Below are positions 20,916 through 29,736 of a DNA stretch of 32,000 bases, piece by piece. The translations under genes and the position numbers were made by a program. Position 1 is the first letter of the stretch. Each line of letters starts with the position of its first letter. The notes under the pieces are model-generated. The model had not been told where the DNA came from and did no database searches. It saw only the letters and a program-made list of their open reading frames with translations. The stretch lies in NCBI RefSeq assembly GCF_000406145.1, contig NZ_CM001976.1:4302380-4334379 (forward strand), given 5' to 3'. Source of the stretch: Dickeya dadantii NCPPB 898 (GTDB taxonomy: Bacteria; Pseudomonadota; Gammaproteobacteria; Enterobacterales; Enterobacteriaceae).

Positions 20916-21770
20916 CTATACTCCGCGCTGCAGCATCGGATAGGTGAAAAACAGCAGGTGGTACAGGTTCAGGCCAAAGTGGAACAGCGTGGCGACCCAC
21001 AACTTCCCGCTCCACATCCAGGCCAAACCGTACAACAAGCCCGCCAGTGCGGCAAACGCCATCAGCATCGCTCCACCGGAAACATGCAGCGCGCCAAACA
21101 GCAATGCAGATACCGCCAGCGCCAGCCACGGCGACATCACGCCCGCTAACCGCTGTTGCAGGTAACCGCGAAACAATGCCTCTTCCGCCAGCGATACAAA
21201 AAACAGGTTAGCCAGCATAAAAGACCACAACCACGGTGGATTGTGGGTTTCCAGCTGCAACCCACCCGCCAGCACCGCCCCCCACAGCAGCATTGGAACA
21301 GCCAGCACCAGCAGGAACCACCCCCATTTGCCCGGCGAACGCACCGGCGATGATGAAAATAACGTCGGCATGCAGGCTAGTAATACAAAAGGGATCAATG
21401 CTTTGTCGAGATTGAAATACATTGAAAATGCTGCGCTTTTCGGACCGGCATACACGTTATCAAGCACTTTGGGATTATCGAATCCAGGTGCCTGCTGCAG
21501 GGCTAGTGCAACCACGCCAGCAACCAGAAGGATTTCTGTTGCGCGCCTTATGTCAGGATGAGAGCGGTACGCCACATGCAGCGCAGCGACCAGCGCCAAC
21601 AAGCCCAGAAATCCCATTCCTGACCAGGCCAGCACACCATTTCCCAGCCCCCACACCAGCGTCGCCAGCAATAATACGATAGCGATAGTTCTGTTGAATT
21701 GCAGAGTCAACAATGACCCCGCCAGCGTTATCCACATCTTGTAGGTTGCTCTCCTTTTTTCGTCAGGCAT
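20916..21770 (-). CDS. CPBP-family intramembrane glutamic endopeptidase (CAAX protease / Abi-like)
   Basis: The polytopic membrane protein has the family motifs SLAEEALFRGYLQ (EExxxR), LFGALHV (FxxxH) and TLFHFGLNLY (HxxxN). The start is uncertain: the ATG at 21770 lacks an SD, and the ATG at 21737 follows AAGGAGAG at a long spacing. Confidence 0.85.
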   Translation of the reverse strand: MPDEKRRATYKMWITLAGSLLTLQFNRTIAIVLLLATLVWGLGNGVLAWSGMGFLGLLALVAALHVAYRSHPDIRRATEILLVAGVVALALQQAPGFDNPKVLDNVYAGPKSAAFSMYFNLDKALIPFVLLACMPTLFSSSPVRSPGKWGWFLLVLAVPMLLWGAVLAGGLQLETHNPPWLWSFMLANLFFVSLAEEALFRGYLQQRLAGVMSPWLALAVSALLFGALHVSGGAMLMAFAALAGLLYGLAWMWSGKLWVATLFHFGLNLYHLLFFTYPMLQRGV

Positions 21771-21897
21771 CTGGTTCGCGAGGCAATCCGGCCTGCCACA
21801 CTATGGCTCGTGGAACCCTATCATGCTGTCCAGGTGCAAGCCACGAGACCGATGATGAGTTGCCCGCCGCAATAATAACCATGGTGATGTGCATTCA

Positions 21898-21928
21898 ACG
21901 CCTCCCGGCCGGGAGGTGTTTGGTTTTC
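21898..21928 (+). terminator. Orphan terminator-like hairpin with no plus-strand gene upstream
   Basis: The stem ACGCCTCCC (21898-906) pairs with GGGAGGTGT (21911-19) around the loop GGCC. It is followed by TTGGTTTTC. It is a close sequence relative of the eat terminator at 20844. Confidence 0.5.
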
Positions 21929-22346
21929 ATGATGCTTTGGCCTTCATGGTGGCCTGTCTTGCTCTGACGGGTACACAACGTGTAAACGAGTATGACTGAA
22001 TCGCACCTGCCCGATTTACCCACTCACCCAATCCACCCAGGCGGTTTTTATCATAACGTGCTCTTCATGAAACAAAAAACACACATTAATTAAACAAAAA
22101 ATCAACCAGCCTATTTTTTCACCATTACTCACCGATAACACATAAATTATATTTATCTTTATTGCCAACAAATGCTTACAACTCACTTGCCAGTAAGGGA
22201 TGCATCCGTATCGCTCCACCACAAGAATAAATAACACTTAATTGTAGCCATCCGTGGGCGGGGTTATGCACTCCACACGGAAAGACACATTTGGATGATA
22301 CCCACGTCAATCATGACACCACGATCACTCAGCAAGGGAGTCGCTA

Positions 22347-23597
22347 ATGAATGCATTAACACGTCGAAACTTTATGGCGTTTACTGTCGGTGGAACCGTC
22401 GCGCTGGCCGCCGGTAAACTGCATGCGCAAGACAACGCCATTCCGTGGACCGGCAATGGCCTGGGCGGTAATGACCCCGGCCCGCAAAACCCGCTGCGGC
22501 AAGCGCAGAACCCGGATCTGGTCAACCCGCCGTTTACCGACAACGGTACCCTGCCCAACCTGCGTTTTTCTTTTAGCGACGCGCACATACGCAAAGGCAG
22601 CGGCGGCTGGACGCGCCAGGTGACGCAACGAGAACTGGGCATTTCCACCACCATCGCCGGTGTTGATATGCGCCTTAACGCCGGCGGCGTCCGAGAACTG
22701 CACTGGCACAAAGAAGGTGAATGGGCTTATATGCTGTACGGCAATGCCCGCATCACCGCCATCGACGCCGAGGGACGCTGGTTTGTCGACGATCTGGGCG
22801 TCGGCGATTTATGGTATTTCCCGCCCGGCGTACCGCACTCCATTCAGGGTCTAGGGCCGGATGGCTGCGAATTTCTGCTGGCGTTTGACAGCGGCAACTT
22901 CGACGAAGACAGCACCTTCCTGCTGAGCGACTGGTTCAAGCACGTACCGCCGGAAGTGCTGGCAAAAAACTTCGGCGTACCGGTAGAAACATTCAGCCAT
23001 CTGCCCAGCCCGTCCGAAGAGTACATTTTTGCCGCGCCAGTGCCGGGGGCGATCGATAAAGGCGCATTTGGCGGCGCAGGTCAGGTTGCCAACCCATTCA
23101 GTCACCGCATGCTGGCGCAAACCCCAATCAAGATGAAGGGTGGCACGGTACGCATTACCGATTCATCGGTGTTCAAGGTGTCCAAAACCATTGCCGCCGC
23201 GCTGGTGGAACTGGAGCCCGGCGCGATGCGGGAACTGCACTGGCACCCCAACAATGACGAATGGCAATACTATCTCGAAGGGGAAGGACGGATGGGGGTG
23301 TTCGCTTCATCCGGGCAGGCGCGAACCTTCGATTTTCGGGCCGGCGACGTCGGCTATGTGCCGTTCGCCATGGGGCACTATGTGGAGAATACCGGCACCA
23401 CGCCGCTGCGTTTTCTGGAACTGTTCAAGAGCGACCACTACGCGGATATCTCTCTCAACCAATGGCTGGCGCTGACGCCGCCGGCGCTGCTGGAACAGCA
23501 CCTGCACCTGAACGACACCTTCATGCGTTCGTTGCAAAAAACCAAAGCGCCGATTGTCCCTGATTATCCGGCAACGGATACGCATCAAAAACGCTAA
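22347..23597 (+). CDS. Tat-signal bicupin, a homologue of the Mn-dependent oxalate decarboxylase (OxdC) family
   Basis: The twin-arginine signal is MNALTRRNFMAFTVGGTVALAAGKLHA-QD. Two cupin Mn motifs are present: GGVRELHWHKEGEWAYMLYG...PHSIQ and GAMRELHWHPNNDEWQYYLEG...GHYVEN. It is collinear with B. subtilis OxdC as I remember it. The lid segment is DEDST where OxdC has SENST. The SD AAGGGAG lies upstream. Confidence 0.88.
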   Translation: MNALTRRNFMAFTVGGTVALAAGKLHAQDNAIPWTGNGLGGNDPGPQNPLRQAQNPDLVNPPFTDNGTLPNLRFSFSDAHIRKGSGGWTRQVTQRELGISTTIAGVDMRLNAGGVRELHWHKEGEWAYMLYGNARITAIDAEGRWFVDDLGVGDLWYFPPGVPHSIQGLGPDGCEFLLAFDSGNFDEDSTFLLSDWFKHVPPEVLAKNFGVPVETFSHLPSPSEEYIFAAPVPGAIDKGAFGGAGQVANPFSHRMLAQTPIKMKGGTVRITDSSVFKVSKTIAAALVELEPGAMRELHWHPNNDEWQYYLEGEGRMGVFASSGQARTFDFRAGDVGYVPFAMGHYVENTGTTPLRFLELFKSDHYADISLNQWLALTPPALLEQHLHLNDTFMRSLQKTKAPIVPDYPATDTHQKR

Positions 23598-23630
23598 GCC
23601 ACGGTAAAGCGATGGATTAGCCATAATAAG

Positions 23631-23656
23631 AAAAAGGCCGCAAACGCGGCCTTTTC
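23631..23656. terminator. Bidirectional Rho-independent terminator between the bicupin gene and slyD
   Basis: The sequence reads AAAAA GGCCGC aaac GCGGCC TTTT. The stem spans 23636-41 and 23646-51, with A and T runs on both sides. Confidence 0.8.
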
Positions 23657-23669
23657 TGGGAAGGGCAAA

Positions 23670-24254
23670 TCAGTGGTGGCAACCGCAGCCGCCGTTACCG
23701 CCACAACCGCCTTTACCGTGTTCATGGTCATGGTCGTGATCATGGCCGTGGCCGCCGCAGCAACCGTCGTGATCGTGGTCATGATCGTGCGCGCCGTGTA
23801 CATGGCCGTGCGCCAGTTCTTCTTCCGTCGCTTCGCGGATAGCAACCACTTCCACGTTGAACTTCAGGTTCTGGCCCGCCAGCATGTGGTTACCGTCAAC
23901 CACCACGTGCTCGTCCTGCACTTCGGTGATTTCTACCGGCACGGGACCCTGATCGGTATCGGCCAGAAAACGCATGCCGACCTGCAGCTCGTCTACGCCG
24001 ACAAACACGTCTTTCGGCACGCGCTGAACCAGATTGTCATCATATTCGCCGTAGGCGTCGTTAGCGCCGACGCTCACGTCAAAACGCTCGCCCACATCGC
24101 GGCCTTCCAGCGCTTTTTCCAGACCGGAAATCAGCGAGCCGTGACCATGCAGATAGTCCAGCGGTGCGCTCACCGGAGACTCATCAACCAATACACCATC
24201 TTCCGTACGTACCTGATAGGCCAGGCTGACCACCAGGTCTTTTGCTACTTTCAT
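23670..24254 (-). CDS. slyD: FKBP-type peptidyl-prolyl isomerase / metallochaperone SlyD
   Basis: The translation MKVAKDLVVSLAYQVRTEDGVLVDESPVSAPLDYLHGHGSLISGLEKALEG is followed by a His/Asp/Cys/Gly-rich C-terminal tail. I chose the ATG at 24254, preceded by AGGAGA; the track ORF carries 81 extra codons. Confidence 0.95.
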   Translation of the reverse strand: MKVAKDLVVSLAYQVRTEDGVLVDESPVSAPLDYLHGHGSLISGLEKALEGRDVGERFDVSVGANDAYGEYDDNLVQRVPKDVFVGVDELQVGMRFLADTDQGPVPVEITEVQDEHVVVDGNHMLAGQNLKFNVEVVAIREATEEELAHGHVHGAHDHDHDHDGCCGGHGHDHDHDHEHGKGGCGGNGGCGCHH

Positions 24255-24397
24255 GATATCTCCTAGCGTTGGAAATCGATTTTGCGCAAATTGTAGCGGA
24301 AAAACGTCCCCATGTACTGTCCGGGATAAAAAAACTGTCCGGGGTAGACTATCCCGGCGACGCTGGTTGGCGGCAATGACATCCGGCTTCCGTCGCC

Positions 24398-24592
24398 CTA
24401 TTCCGGGCGAAACATACCGATGATTTCGCCGGCTGGCGGGGTGGCGGCTTTGGGCGGCGTTTCCGACTGGCTCTGCTGATAACCGCAGTGCACACACACC
24501 ACCACCTCATCGTCGCCCTCACGCCCCACCGCCAGCGTATCCTGCGCGTGACATTTCGGGCACACCGCCCCGGCAATAAAACGTTTCCGCAT
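24398..24592 (-). CDS. yheV: YheV-family putative zinc-ribbon protein
   Basis: The translation MRKRFIAGAVCPKCHAQDTLAV...VVCVHCGYQ...EIIGMFRPE has two CxxC pairs and is collinear with E. coli YheV. I chose the ATG at 24592, preceded by GGAGGG. Confidence 0.85.
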   Translation of the reverse strand: MRKRFIAGAVCPKCHAQDTLAVGREGDDEVVVCVHCGYQQSQSETPPKAATPPAGEIIGMFRPE

Positions 24593-24660
24593 GGTTACCC
24601 TCCGGCTCCCTCTCTTGATGGCCTGCATTCGCGGCATACCGCGGTACGCCGCGACTGCGC

Positions 24661-26466
24661 CTAGTGTTCGTCCCAGTCGTCCGGCCGACGTCGCTCGCGC
24701 AGCATTTCGCGCTCGAAGATATCCTCCAGCTCGCGGCGGGCCTCCTTGACGCGGGAAATCTGCGCCACATCGCCTTGCCGCTGCGGCATCAGCTCACGCA
24801 GCATACGCATGTCGAGCCGCCGGAAGTGCTGCTGCGCCCGATAAGCCTGATGGGGATGCATCCCTAATGAGATCAGCGTTTTGCGGCCCAACTCCAGCGC
24901 GCTGGAGAAGGTTTCGCGCGAGAACTGCGTCACGCCGACCTGCAAAAACTCGTGTGCTTCCACACGGCCGCGCGCGCGGGCCAGAATCTCCAAATGGGGA
25001 AAATGCTGCTGACACAGATGCACGATGATCATCGCGTCTTCCGGCTCGTTACAGGTAATCACGATGGACTGAGCCTGAGCCGCGCCGGCGGCACGCAGCA
25101 ACTCCAGCTCGGTGGCGTCGCCGTAATAGACCTTGTAGCCGTAGCTGCGCATCAGGCTGACGGCGCTGATATCGCGCTCCAGCACGGTGATGCGCATTTT
25201 GTTGGCCATCAGCAAACGGGCGATCACCTGACCGAAACGGCCGAACCCCACCACAATTACCTGCGGTTCGTCGTTTTCCACGTACGGCGTTTCGTCCGGC
25301 TCTTCTTTCGCATTGAAACGGCGCGCCAGAATACGGTCGATAAGCTGCATCAGGATCGGCGTCACCATCATCGACAGGGTCACCGTCACCAGCAGCAGCG
25401 GCAGTTGCGCGCCCTTCAGTACCTTGTGGGTGGCGGCGGAGGAAAACAGCACAAAGGCGAACTCCCCGCCCTGACTCAGCACCCCGGCGAATTGCAAACG
25501 CTCGGAGGAGCGCAGCCCGTACAGCCGCGCCAGCAAGTACAGGATCAACCCTTTCGCCACCACCAGAATCGCCACGCCCGCCAGCACCATCAGGATATTG
25601 GCGTACAGCACGCCGAGATTGAGCGACATCCCCACCGAAATGAAGAACAGCCCCAGCAACAACCCCTTGAACGGCTCGATGGAGATTTCCAGTTCATGGC
25701 GGTATTCGCTTTCCGCCAGCAGCACGCCGGCAATAAACGTGCCGAGCGCCATCGACAGCCCCAGCGCGTCCATGAACAGCGCAGAACCCAACACCAGCAG
25801 CAGCGCGGCGGCGGTAAACACTTCCCGCACCCCCGACGCGGCGATAAAACGGAACAGCGGGCGCACCAGATAACGACCGCCAACCAGCATGCCACCGAAC
25901 GCCACCACCTTCAGCACCACCTGACGCCAGTCATCCAGCTCGCCTTGTACGCCCGCCATCACCGGAATCAGCGCCAGCGCCGGGATTACCGCCAGGTCCT
26001 GAAACAACAGCACGGAAAAACCGAGCTGGCCGGACTCGTTGCGGTTCATGCCTTTTTCACGCATCAGTTGCAGCGCGATGGCGGTGGAAGACATCGCCAG
26101 TCCAATACCGCCGATCAGCGCCGCCTGCCAGGAAAACTGGCTCAGATACAGCACGCCGCCCAGCACCGCGGCGCTCAACAGCACCTGCGCCGCGCCGGTG
26201 CCGAAAATAGAACGCCGCAGCCGCCACAGCTTGGCGGGGTCCAGTTCCAGACCGATGATAAACATCAGGAACACCACGCCCAGCTCGGAAAAGTGCAGGA
26301 TGGCTTCCACATCACGAATGAAGCCCAACCCCCACGGACCGATGGCGATACCGGCCAGCAGATACCCCAGCACCGCGCCGATTCCCAGGCGGGCGGCAAT
26401 CGGCACCATCAGCACGGCCACAAACAAAAACAGCACGCCGGCATTCAGCAAAGAAGAGGTTTCCAT
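24661..26466 (-). CDS. kefB: Glutathione-regulated K+/H+ antiporter KefB
   Basis: The 601-aa product has a CPA2 membrane domain, a KTN/RCK domain ([17 protein letters not shown]) and a KefB-type tail. It is coupled to kefG by a 3-bp gap. Confidence 0.95.
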   Translation of the reverse strand: METSSLLNAGVLFLFVAVLMVPIAARLGIGAVLGYLLAGIAIGPWGLGFIRDVEAILHFSELGVVFLMFIIGLELDPAKLWRLRRSIFGTGAAQVLLSAAVLGGVLYLSQFSWQAALIGGIGLAMSSTAIALQLMREKGMNRNESGQLGFSVLLFQDLAVIPALALIPVMAGVQGELDDWRQVVLKVVAFGGMLVGGRYLVRPLFRFIAASGVREVFTAAALLLVLGSALFMDALGLSMALGTFIAGVLLAESEYRHELEISIEPFKGLLLGLFFISVGMSLNLGVLYANILMVLAGVAILVVAKGLILYLLARLYGLRSSERLQFAGVLSQGGEFAFVLFSSAATHKVLKGAQLPLLLVTVTLSMMVTPILMQLIDRILARRFNAKEEPDETPYVENDEPQVIVVGFGRFGQVIARLLMANKMRITVLERDISAVSLMRSYGYKVYYGDATELELLRAAGAAQAQSIVITCNEPEDAMIIVHLCQQHFPHLEILARARGRVEAHEFLQVGVTQFSRETFSSALELGRKTLISLGMHPHQAYRAQQHFRRLDMRMLRELMPQRQGDVAQISRVKEARRELEDIFEREMLRERRRPDDWDEH

Positions 26467-26469
26467 GTT

Positions 26470-27024
26470 CTAGGATTCTCCACGCGGAAATGGCGACGCC
26501 AGCCAGTCGCCGTAGGCTCTGGCATGTTCCTGCAATACGTCCGGCGGCAGGCGCCGGGCCCAATAAATCACCAGCGGCGACAGCCAGTGCATGTGGCACA
26601 TGGTCGCCGTCATTTCAAATGGTCGCAATACGTCATCCATCGTGTAACGATTCACACCCGCAGACCGGTAAGCGTCTTGCTGCTCGCCGGTGGTCACCAC
26701 CGACCGCCAGTACTTTCCGGCCAGCGCATTACCGCCGACCCCGTTGGCAAAGCCGCGGGTCAACACCCGATCCAGCCACTCTTTCAGTAATGCCGGGCAA
26801 CTGTAGGTATAAAGCGGATGCTGAAACACGATCAGTTGATGCTCACGCAGTAACTGCTGCTCATGATGAATATCGATAAAAAAATCAGGATAGTGCGCGT
26901 AAAGATCGTGCACAGTGACATGCCCGAGCTGGCGGGCAGAATGTAATAACAGCTTATTCGCGACCGAATCCTGGGATTCCGGATGGGCAAACAGCAGCAA
27001 AATTTTTGGTGGCTGCGACATCAT
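26470..27024 (-). CDS. kefG: KefB ancillary protein KefG (flavodoxin-like NAD(P)H oxidoreductase fold)
   Basis: The translation [27 protein letters not shown]...[23 protein letters not shown] is collinear with E. coli KefG. I chose the ATG at 27024, preceded by GGAGGGGA. Confidence 0.92.
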   Translation of the reverse strand: MMSQPPKILLLFAHPESQDSVANKLLLHSARQLGHVTVHDLYAHYPDFFIDIHHEQQLLREHQLIVFQHPLYTYSCPALLKEWLDRVLTRGFANGVGGNALAGKYWRSVVTTGEQQDAYRSAGVNRYTMDDVLRPFEMTATMCHMHWLSPLVIYWARRLPPDVLQEHARAYGDWLASPFPRGES

Positions 27025-27145
27025 TCCCCTCCAAAGCGTCGTCATTGTAGGTATTTTCGGCTACCATGCTGCGCAGCAATACAACAGGACACGGCAGTCC
27101 TGATACCCGATCGGTAATTTAACATATTTGAACATTTGGCGCGTT

Positions 27146-29065
27146 ATGATTGTTTTCTCCTGCTTGCAAATTCGACGCGGTACCCGGGTACTGCTGGACA
27201 ACGCCACCGCGACCGTCAACCCCGGTCAAAAAGTCGGTCTGGTTGGTAAAAACGGCTGTGGCAAATCAACCCTGTTGTCACTGCTGAAAGGGGAAATCAG
27301 CGCCGACGGCGGCAGCGTAACCTTTCCGCAAAATTGGGCGCTGGCATGGGTCAATCAGGAAACCCCGGCGCTGGCGCGATCGGCGATTGATTACGTGATC
27401 GACGGCGACCGCGAATTCCGCCAGTTGGAAGCCGAGCTGGACGCGGCGAATGCCCGCAACGACGGCAACGCCATCGCCACCCTGCACGGCAAGCTGGACG
27501 CCGTTCAGGCCTGGTCGATTCAGGCCCGCGCCGCCAGCCTGCTCAACGGGCTCGGTTTTCAGCAGGAACAGTTGCAACGGTCCGTCAGCGACTTCTCCGG
27601 CGGCTGGCGTATGCGCCTGAATCTGGCGCAGGCGCTGATTTGCCGTTCCGATCTCCTGTTACTCGACGAACCGACCAACCACCTGGATCTGGACGCGGTG
27701 ATCTGGCTGGAAAAGTGGCTGAAGAACTATCCTGGTACGCTGGTATTGATCTCCCACGATCGGGACTTTCTCGACCCGATCGCCAACCGGATTCTGCATA
27801 TCGAGCAGGAAACCCTGTTCGAATACACCGGCAACTACACCTCATTTGAGCTGCAGCGCGCCACCCGTTTGTCTCAGCAACAAGCGATGTACCAGCATCA
27901 GCAAGAGCGAGTCGCCCATCTTCAGCATTACATCGACCGTTTCCGTGCCAAAGCCACTAAGGCCAAGCAGGCGCAAAGTCGCATCAAAATGCTGGAGCGC
28001 ATGGAGCTGATCGCCCCGGCCCACGTCGACAACCCGTTCCGCTTTAGCTTTCGGGCGCCGGAAGCGCTGCCCAACCCGCTGTTGCGGATGGAAAAAGTCA
28101 GCGCGGGCTATGGCGACCGGCTGATTCTGGATTCCATCAAGCTCAATCTGGTGCCCGGCTCGCGCATCGGGTTGCTCGGCCACAACGGCGCCGGGAAATC
28201 GACGCTCATTAAGCTGCTGGCAGGCGAGCTTCAACCGTTCAGCGGCGACATCGGCCTGGCCAAAGGCGTGCGTTTGGGCTATTTCGCCCAGCATCAACTG
28301 GAGTTCCTGCGTCCCGATGAGTCGCCGTTGCAGCACCTTGTCCGGCTGGCGGAACGGGAAACCGAACAACAGTTGCGCGACTACCTCGGCGGTTTTGATT
28401 TCCGCGGCGACAAGGTGACCGAACCTACCGAGCGTTTTTCCGGCGGCGAGAAAGCGCGGCTGGTGCTGGCGCTGATCGTCTGGCAGCGCCCTAACCTGTT
28501 GCTGCTCGACGAACCGACCAACCACCTGGATCTCGACATGCGCCAGGCGCTGACCGAAGCGTTGATCGACTTCGAAGGCGCGCTGGTGGTGGTGTCTCAC
28601 GATCGTCACCTGATCCGATCCACCACCGACGATCTCTATCTGGTGCACGACCACAAGGTCGAGCCGTTTGACGGCGATCTGGAAGATTACCAACAATGGC
28701 TGCTGGATGCGCAGAAGCAGGATAACGCCGCGGAATCCGCCGCCAGAGACAACGCCGCCAACAGCGCGCAGTCGAGAAAGGATCAGAAACGGCGCGACGC
28801 CGAGCTACGCACGCTGACCCAGCCGCTGCGCAAGCAGATTACCCAACTGGAACAACAGATGGAGAAACTGCAAACCGCGCTGACGGCGGTGGAAGAGCGC
28901 CTGGCCGACAGCGGACTTTATGACGTCAGCCGTAAAAGCGAGCTGACCGAGTGTCTGCAAAAACAGAGCGCAACCAAAGCAGATCTGGAAAACGCCGAAA
29001 TGGCCTGGCTGGATGCGCAGGAACAGCTGGAGCAGTTGCTGCGCGACGCTGAAAGTCAGGGCTAA
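27146..29065 (+). CDS. yheS: ABC-F family ATPase YheS
   Basis: The translation begins MIVFSCLQIRRGTRVLLDNATATVNPGQKVGLVGKNGCGKSTLL. It has two ABC cassettes (the second Walker A is GHNGAGKST) and a C-terminal coiled-coil, collinear with E. coli YheS. I chose the ATG at 27146; the track start at 27128 is a TTG. Confidence 0.93.
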   Translation: MIVFSCLQIRRGTRVLLDNATATVNPGQKVGLVGKNGCGKSTLLSLLKGEISADGGSVTFPQNWALAWVNQETPALARSAIDYVIDGDREFRQLEAELDAANARNDGNAIATLHGKLDAVQAWSIQARAASLLNGLGFQQEQLQRSVSDFSGGWRMRLNLAQALICRSDLLLLDEPTNHLDLDAVIWLEKWLKNYPGTLVLISHDRDFLDPIANRILHIEQETLFEYTGNYTSFELQRATRLSQQQAMYQHQQERVAHLQHYIDRFRAKATKAKQAQSRIKMLERMELIAPAHVDNPFRFSFRAPEALPNPLLRMEKVSAGYGDRLILDSIKLNLVPGSRIGLLGHNGAGKSTLIKLLAGELQPFSGDIGLAKGVRLGYFAQHQLEFLRPDESPLQHLVRLAERETEQQLRDYLGGFDFRGDKVTEPTERFSGGEKARLVLALIVWQRPNLLLLDEPTNHLDLDMRQALTEALIDFEGALVVVSHDRHLIRSTTDDLYLVHDHKVEPFDGDLEDYQQWLLDAQKQDNAAESAARDNAANSAQSRKDQKRRDAELRTLTQPLRKQITQLEQQMEKLQTALTAVEERLADSGLYDVSRKSELTECLQKQSATKADLENAEMAWLDAQEQLEQLLRDAESQG

Positions 29066-29086
29066 ACGTCCGGCTTCACGTTTGAA

Positions 29087-29119
29087 CGGCGGGCGGAACA
29101 GCCCGCCGCTTTCTTCTTC
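29087..29119 (+). terminator. Rho-independent terminator after yheS
   Basis: The stem CGGCGGGC (29087-94) pairs with GCCCGCCG (29101-08) around the loop GGAACA. It is followed by CTTTCTTCTTC. Confidence 0.65.
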
Positions 29120-29130
29120 ATGCCAAATCA

Positions 29131-29736
29131 TCAATGCCAGATCATCAGCACGCAGGTCGCCGTCAGCAACCCCATAGCGAGATTGAAAATCTTCCAGGCG
29201 CGCGGACTACGCAACAAGCGGCCGATCATCGCGCCGAATCCCAGCCAGATAACCCCAGCCACGAAATTAACGCCTACCATCGCGACGCTGATCGCCACCA
29301 CCGAGCCCGCATAACCGTCGCCGGCCAGACTAAACCCCGCCACCGCGCCCAGCGCCATCAGCCAGGCCTTTGGATTGAGGAATTGCAGTAACCCGCCCTG
29401 ATACAGTGGGATCGGCGCCGGCGGCGCGGTGTCGGTATCCAGCTTTTCATACGCCGCGGTGGCAATCTTCCACGACAGCCACAGCAGATACACGCTGCCC
29501 AACACTTTCAACGCCAGATGCAGCGACGGATAAAGCAGGATCAGGCTGCCCAGCCCCAGCGCCACCAGCAGCAGCATACTTTGCATGCCGACCATGATAC
29601 CCAGCATCAGCGGCATGGAACGCCATACGCCAAAATTGGCGGCGGAGGCGGTAAGTAGCATATTATTAGGGCCGGGCGTAATAGCGGCGACCCACAAAAA
29701 ACCGAGCATCGAAAGAAACAGGCTGAAGTGCTCCAT
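29131..29736 (-). CDS. LysE/RhtB-family amino-acid exporter (EamB/YfiK-like)
   Basis: The translation MEHFSLFLSMLGFLWVAAITPGPNNMLL...LLWLSWKIAT...LQFLNPKAW has six predicted TM helices and the family signature TPGPNN. I chose the ATG at 29736; the track start at 29769 is a GTG. Confidence 0.85.
   Translation of the reverse strand: MEHFSLFLSMLGFLWVAAITPGPNNMLLTASAANFGVWRSMPLMLGIMVGMQSMLLLVALGLGSLILLYPSLHLALKVLGSVYLLWLSWKIATAAYEKLDTDTAPPAPIPLYQGGLLQFLNPKAWLMALGAVAGFSLAGDGYAGSVVAISVAMVGVNFVAGVIWLGFGAMIGRLLRSPRAWKIFNLAMGLLTATCVLMIWH

Noticed and set aside
21813-21967. A small plus-strand ORF (MARGTLSCCPGASHETDDELPAAIITMVMCIQRLPAGRCLVFMMLWPSWWPVLL, 54 aa from its internal ATG) has a hydrophobic tail. 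I considered it as a type-I-toxin-like or bacteriocin-like peptide next to the CPBP/Abi gene.
   Set aside because: It has no SD before the ATG, and the terminator hairpin lies inside the reading frame. I have no supporting homology. The region is kept only as a possible sRNA in the findings.
22016-22237. A 73-aa minus-strand ORF lies in the AT-rich tract upstream of the bicupin gene.
   Set aside because: It has a GTG start with no SD. Its composition is driven by the AT-rich DNA (I/L/F/K/N-rich) and it shows no recognisable family. It is most likely a chance ORF in promoter DNA.
23670-23810. A highly repetitive His/Asp/Cys/Gly-coding stretch (HDHDHDHDGCCGGHGHDHDHDHEHGKGGCGGNGGCGCHH) looks like a simple-sequence repeat.
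   Set aside because: This is the normal metal-binding C-terminal tail of SlyD, and E. coli SlyD has an equivalent tail. It is not an independent element.
23670-24497. Several ORF-track models have N-terminally extended versions of real genes: slyD 275 aa, tusC 177 aa, ABC ATPase 314 aa, yheV 79 aa, yheU 113 aa, fkpA 292 aa and the AraC regulator 366 aa.
   Set aside because: The extensions run through upstream genes or intergenic DNA and lack homology. In each case an internal ATG matches the known family N-terminus and has a good SD or a stop/start overlap. I reported the trimmed coordinates instead.
24952-26790. A 612-aa plus-strand ORF, the longest in the track, lies antisense to kefB and kefG.
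   Set aside because: It overlaps the strongly recognisable KefB and KefG coding sequences completely. Its translation is low-complexity (H/Q/R/G-rich) with no recognisable domain and no SD. Long antisense ORFs are expected in GC-rich genes because stop codons are depleted on the opposite strand. The same reasoning applies to 9179-10198, 11031-11972, 12268-12867, 14460-15047, 17607-19092, 27842-28696, 29895-30434 and 31196-31819.
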